A DNA stretch of 20,482 nucleotides, from the IMG/VR virus record IMGVR_UViG_3300025128_007994; one strand, written 5' to 3'. Position numbers and translations under genes: made by a program. The DNA is from a virus. The stretch's first letter is position 1. Every line of letters starts with the position of its first letter. The notes under the pieces were generated by a model, which had not been told where the DNA came from, did not search any database, and saw only the letters and a list, made by a program, of their open reading frames with translations. Below, in pieces: positions 18,695-20,482 of this stretch.

Positions 18695-19522
18695 ATGAAA
18701 CTTTTGTTTGAAAACTGGAATAAATTTGTTGCTGAAGATGCAGACCCGTCTAAGGTTGATCCAAAAGTATTTCCACAAAAACTTTCACAAGTACAACCGA
18801 AGGGCGCCCGCTTTATGTCGCGCACCGGCCAAGCAGATGGTTCTGGTGATGATGACACCATTAGCGTATCGTATAAACCTCAAGGGGTCGCCCCTGTTGG
18901 CAAACTGAAGCCATCTCAATCAAGCATGAATATTGAAAAGGCAATGGCTTTTGTGTTAAATATGCTTTGGGAAGGCAATCAAAAATTAAATGCCGGTGGA
19001 GATTTGGGTGCATTTATTAGCAATGACGGCTATATTATGGACGGTCACCATCGCTGGGTATCGACTGCTATGATTGATCCTACTGCTCAAGTTGGGGGCT
19101 ATTTGGTGGATTTCCCCGGTCAGCAATTGGTGGCTATTTTAAATGCAATGACAAAAGGTCTTTTTGGTGTTCAACGTGGAAAGCCAGCTACGGGCGGTTT
19201 TGATCAGTTTACTCCTGAAAAAATGAAAGAGCAATTAGTAAAATACGCTAAAGGAGGCGTATGGGGCATGAAACCAGAAGATGTTATGCAGGTCTTACAA
19301 AAATTTACTGGTGCCCAAGGTGAAGCAGCCATTGATGCAGCAGTTCAAAAAATGGCGCAAAACTTAAGTAATGTAACATTTGAAGTGCCTTCTTGGGCTT
19401 CTGGTCGTGTTGACATGCCAGTGGTAGACGATGATAACGTTGCAATTGCCGCTAATGCGCTTGATAGTGGACAAGTTAATGTTAACCCACCATACAAAAA
19501 AGGACAGAAGGCCGCAGAATAA
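18695..19522 (+). CDS. ParB/Sulfiredoxin-like domain protein with short N-terminal leader
   Basis: LKPSQ and GYIMDGHHRW motifs typical of the ParB/Srx fold; leader MKLLFENWNKFVAE. Confidence 0.75.
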   Translation: MKLLFENWNKFVAEDADPSKVDPKVFPQKLSQVQPKGARFMSRTGQADGSGDDDTISVSYKPQGVAPVGKLKPSQSSMNIEKAMAFVLNMLWEGNQKLNAGGDLGAFISNDGYIMDGHHRWVSTAMIDPTAQVGGYLVDFPGQQLVAILNAMTKGLFGVQRGKPATGGFDQFTPEKMKEQLVKYAKGGVWGMKPEDVMQVLQKFTGAQGEAAIDAAVQKMAQNLSNVTFEVPSWASGRVDMPVVDDDNVAIAANALDSGQVNVNPPYKKGQKAAE

Positions 19523-19532
19523 GGAATAAACA

Positions 19533-20482
19533 ATGAACGATAATGATAACAACGAATTTGATTTTCTGCCTCCCGCAGAACCACCTCCCGCGTTTGCGCA
19601 GGAAAAAGACAGTTACCACGAAGAAGTAGATGCAGAAGATTTCGGCATGGTTGAGGACTTCGGATTACAGATGGAATACTCTGATGAAGATTTACTCCCC
19701 GAGAACACAGCACCCTCATCTATCAATGTTGGTTTTGTCGGTGTCGGCGGTGGAGGCAATAAAATGGCGAATGCGTTTATTGAGCTAGGTTTCAATAAGA
19801 CGCTACTCGTAAATTCAACAGGTAAAGACATTCCAAAGAATGTAGAAGAGGATCACGTTGTCCTCATTCCCGATTCAGACGGGATTGGAAAAAACGTAGA
19901 ATATGGAAAAGAGGTTTTAAGTCAAAATGGTGCGATTGTTGAAGATGCCCTGCGTATCAAACTCGGTAAAGTTGATTGGTTATTCGTCCTTGCTGGCGGT
20001 GGCGGCGGTACCGGTAGTAGTGTTACCGCTCTGCACCCTGTCTTTGAGCGTTACATGCGCTCTGTGCAGTCGACTGGCAAAGTCGTTTACGTAGTATCAT
20101 GGCCAACAGCACAAGAAAACCTTAATCCCACAATCGCTCGTAATGCGTTGACGCTGGCAAATGATGTTGCCAAGCACCCGCATATCATTCTCGACAATGA
20201 ACGAGCCACACGCTTACTGCGCGGCAGAATCGGCATGCTTGGCATGTACCCTGTCGCCAACACAACTTTTGCTAAGTCACTTGCCCAAGTGTTAAAACTC
20301 TCCACTGAGGATTCACCGATCCAATCTTTCGATAGTAAAGATCTGGAAACATGTCTGGGCAATAATGGCAGAGCCTTTCTTGGTTCGACCATGATAAAAG
20401 ATCCTAATACTGGAAAGCTTGGATCGGTGATCCTTCATAACTGCATGAATCGTTCTGCATGCCCTCCGCCCAAGGGTAAGGC
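19533..20482 (+). CDS. Tubulin/FtsZ-family GTPase (PhuZ/TubZ-like), 3'-truncated
   Basis: AAGGA RBS, ATG 19533, frame open to the window end (at least 316 aa). T1 loop VGVGGGGNK (about 19740), DGIGKN, tubulin signature AGGGGGTGS (19992-20018), ILDN, and T7-like loop SFDSKD (20325-20342). Absent from the ORF track because no stop codon is reached. Confidence 0.9.
   Translation, partial: MNDNDNNEFDFLPPAEPPPAFAQEKDSYHEEVDAEDFGMVEDFGLQMEYSDEDLLPENTAPSSINVGFVGVGGGGNKMANAFIELGFNKTLLVNSTGKDIPKNVEEDHVVLIPDSDGIGKNVEYGKEVLSQNGAIVEDALRIKLGKVDWLFVLAGGGGGTGSSVTALHPVFERYMRSVQSTGKVVYVVSWPTAQENLNPTIARNALTLANDVAKHPHIILDNERATRLLRGRIGMLGMYPVANTTFAKSLAQVLKLSTEDSPIQSFDSKDLETCLGNNGRAFLGSTMIKDPNTGKLGSVILHNCMNRSACPPPKGK

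Noticed and set aside
1479-20392. All minus-strand ORFs and the short nested plus-strand ORFs in the track (e.g. 2490..2960, 19613..19831, 20087..20392)
   Set aside because: They are shadows of longer + strand genes with coherent motifs. The last ones lie antisense to the tubulin, and the Pro-rich one mirrors the Gly tract.
1-20482. Stop-codon reassignment (seen in some large phages)
   Set aside because: TAA, TAG and TGA all end genes at sensible boundaries, and conserved proteins are intact under code 11.
19533-20482. Claim of a nucleus-forming phage, or of a cellular ftsZ locus
   Set aside because: No chimallin or phage multisubunit RNA polymerase is recognisable in the window. There is no dcw/ftsA context, and the T7 loop departs from the FtsZ N.DFAD pattern.
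1-20482. tRNA, rRNA, CRISPR array or centromere-like iterons
   Set aside because: None was recognised by eye. Intergenic spaces are short and explained by promoters, RBSs and a terminator. A tRNAscan/Infernal run would be needed to exclude small RNAs.

Overview
This is a gene-dense window with all credible genes on the + strand. It is best explained as part of a large tailed bacteriophage (jumbo-phage-like) genome: it has Shine-Dalgarno sites and sigma70-type promoters, and no cellular housekeeping operons. The left half (1-10.1 kb) encodes large hypothetical proteins that are probably virion/tail-baseplate components, including two paralogues. The right half alternates two gene types. One type is DNA-metabolism and accessory genes: RuvC-like resolvase, SAM methyltransferase, SlyD/SlpA-type PPIase, DnaG-type primase and a single-chain Mre11-Rad50 (SbcD-SbcC) fusion. 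The other type is four small proteins with short Glu-terminated N-terminal leaders, which may be capsid-targeted internal head proteins; one has a ParB/Srx-like domain. Two genes are missing from the ORF track: a tubulin/FtsZ-family GTPase starting at 19533 and running off the window end, and a 31-aa hydrophobic ORF at 14884-14979. Three sigma70 promoters precede the PPIase, primase and recombination genes, and an ACTAWTTA motif precedes the presumptive late genes. All functional calls come from motif recognition by eye; no searches were run.
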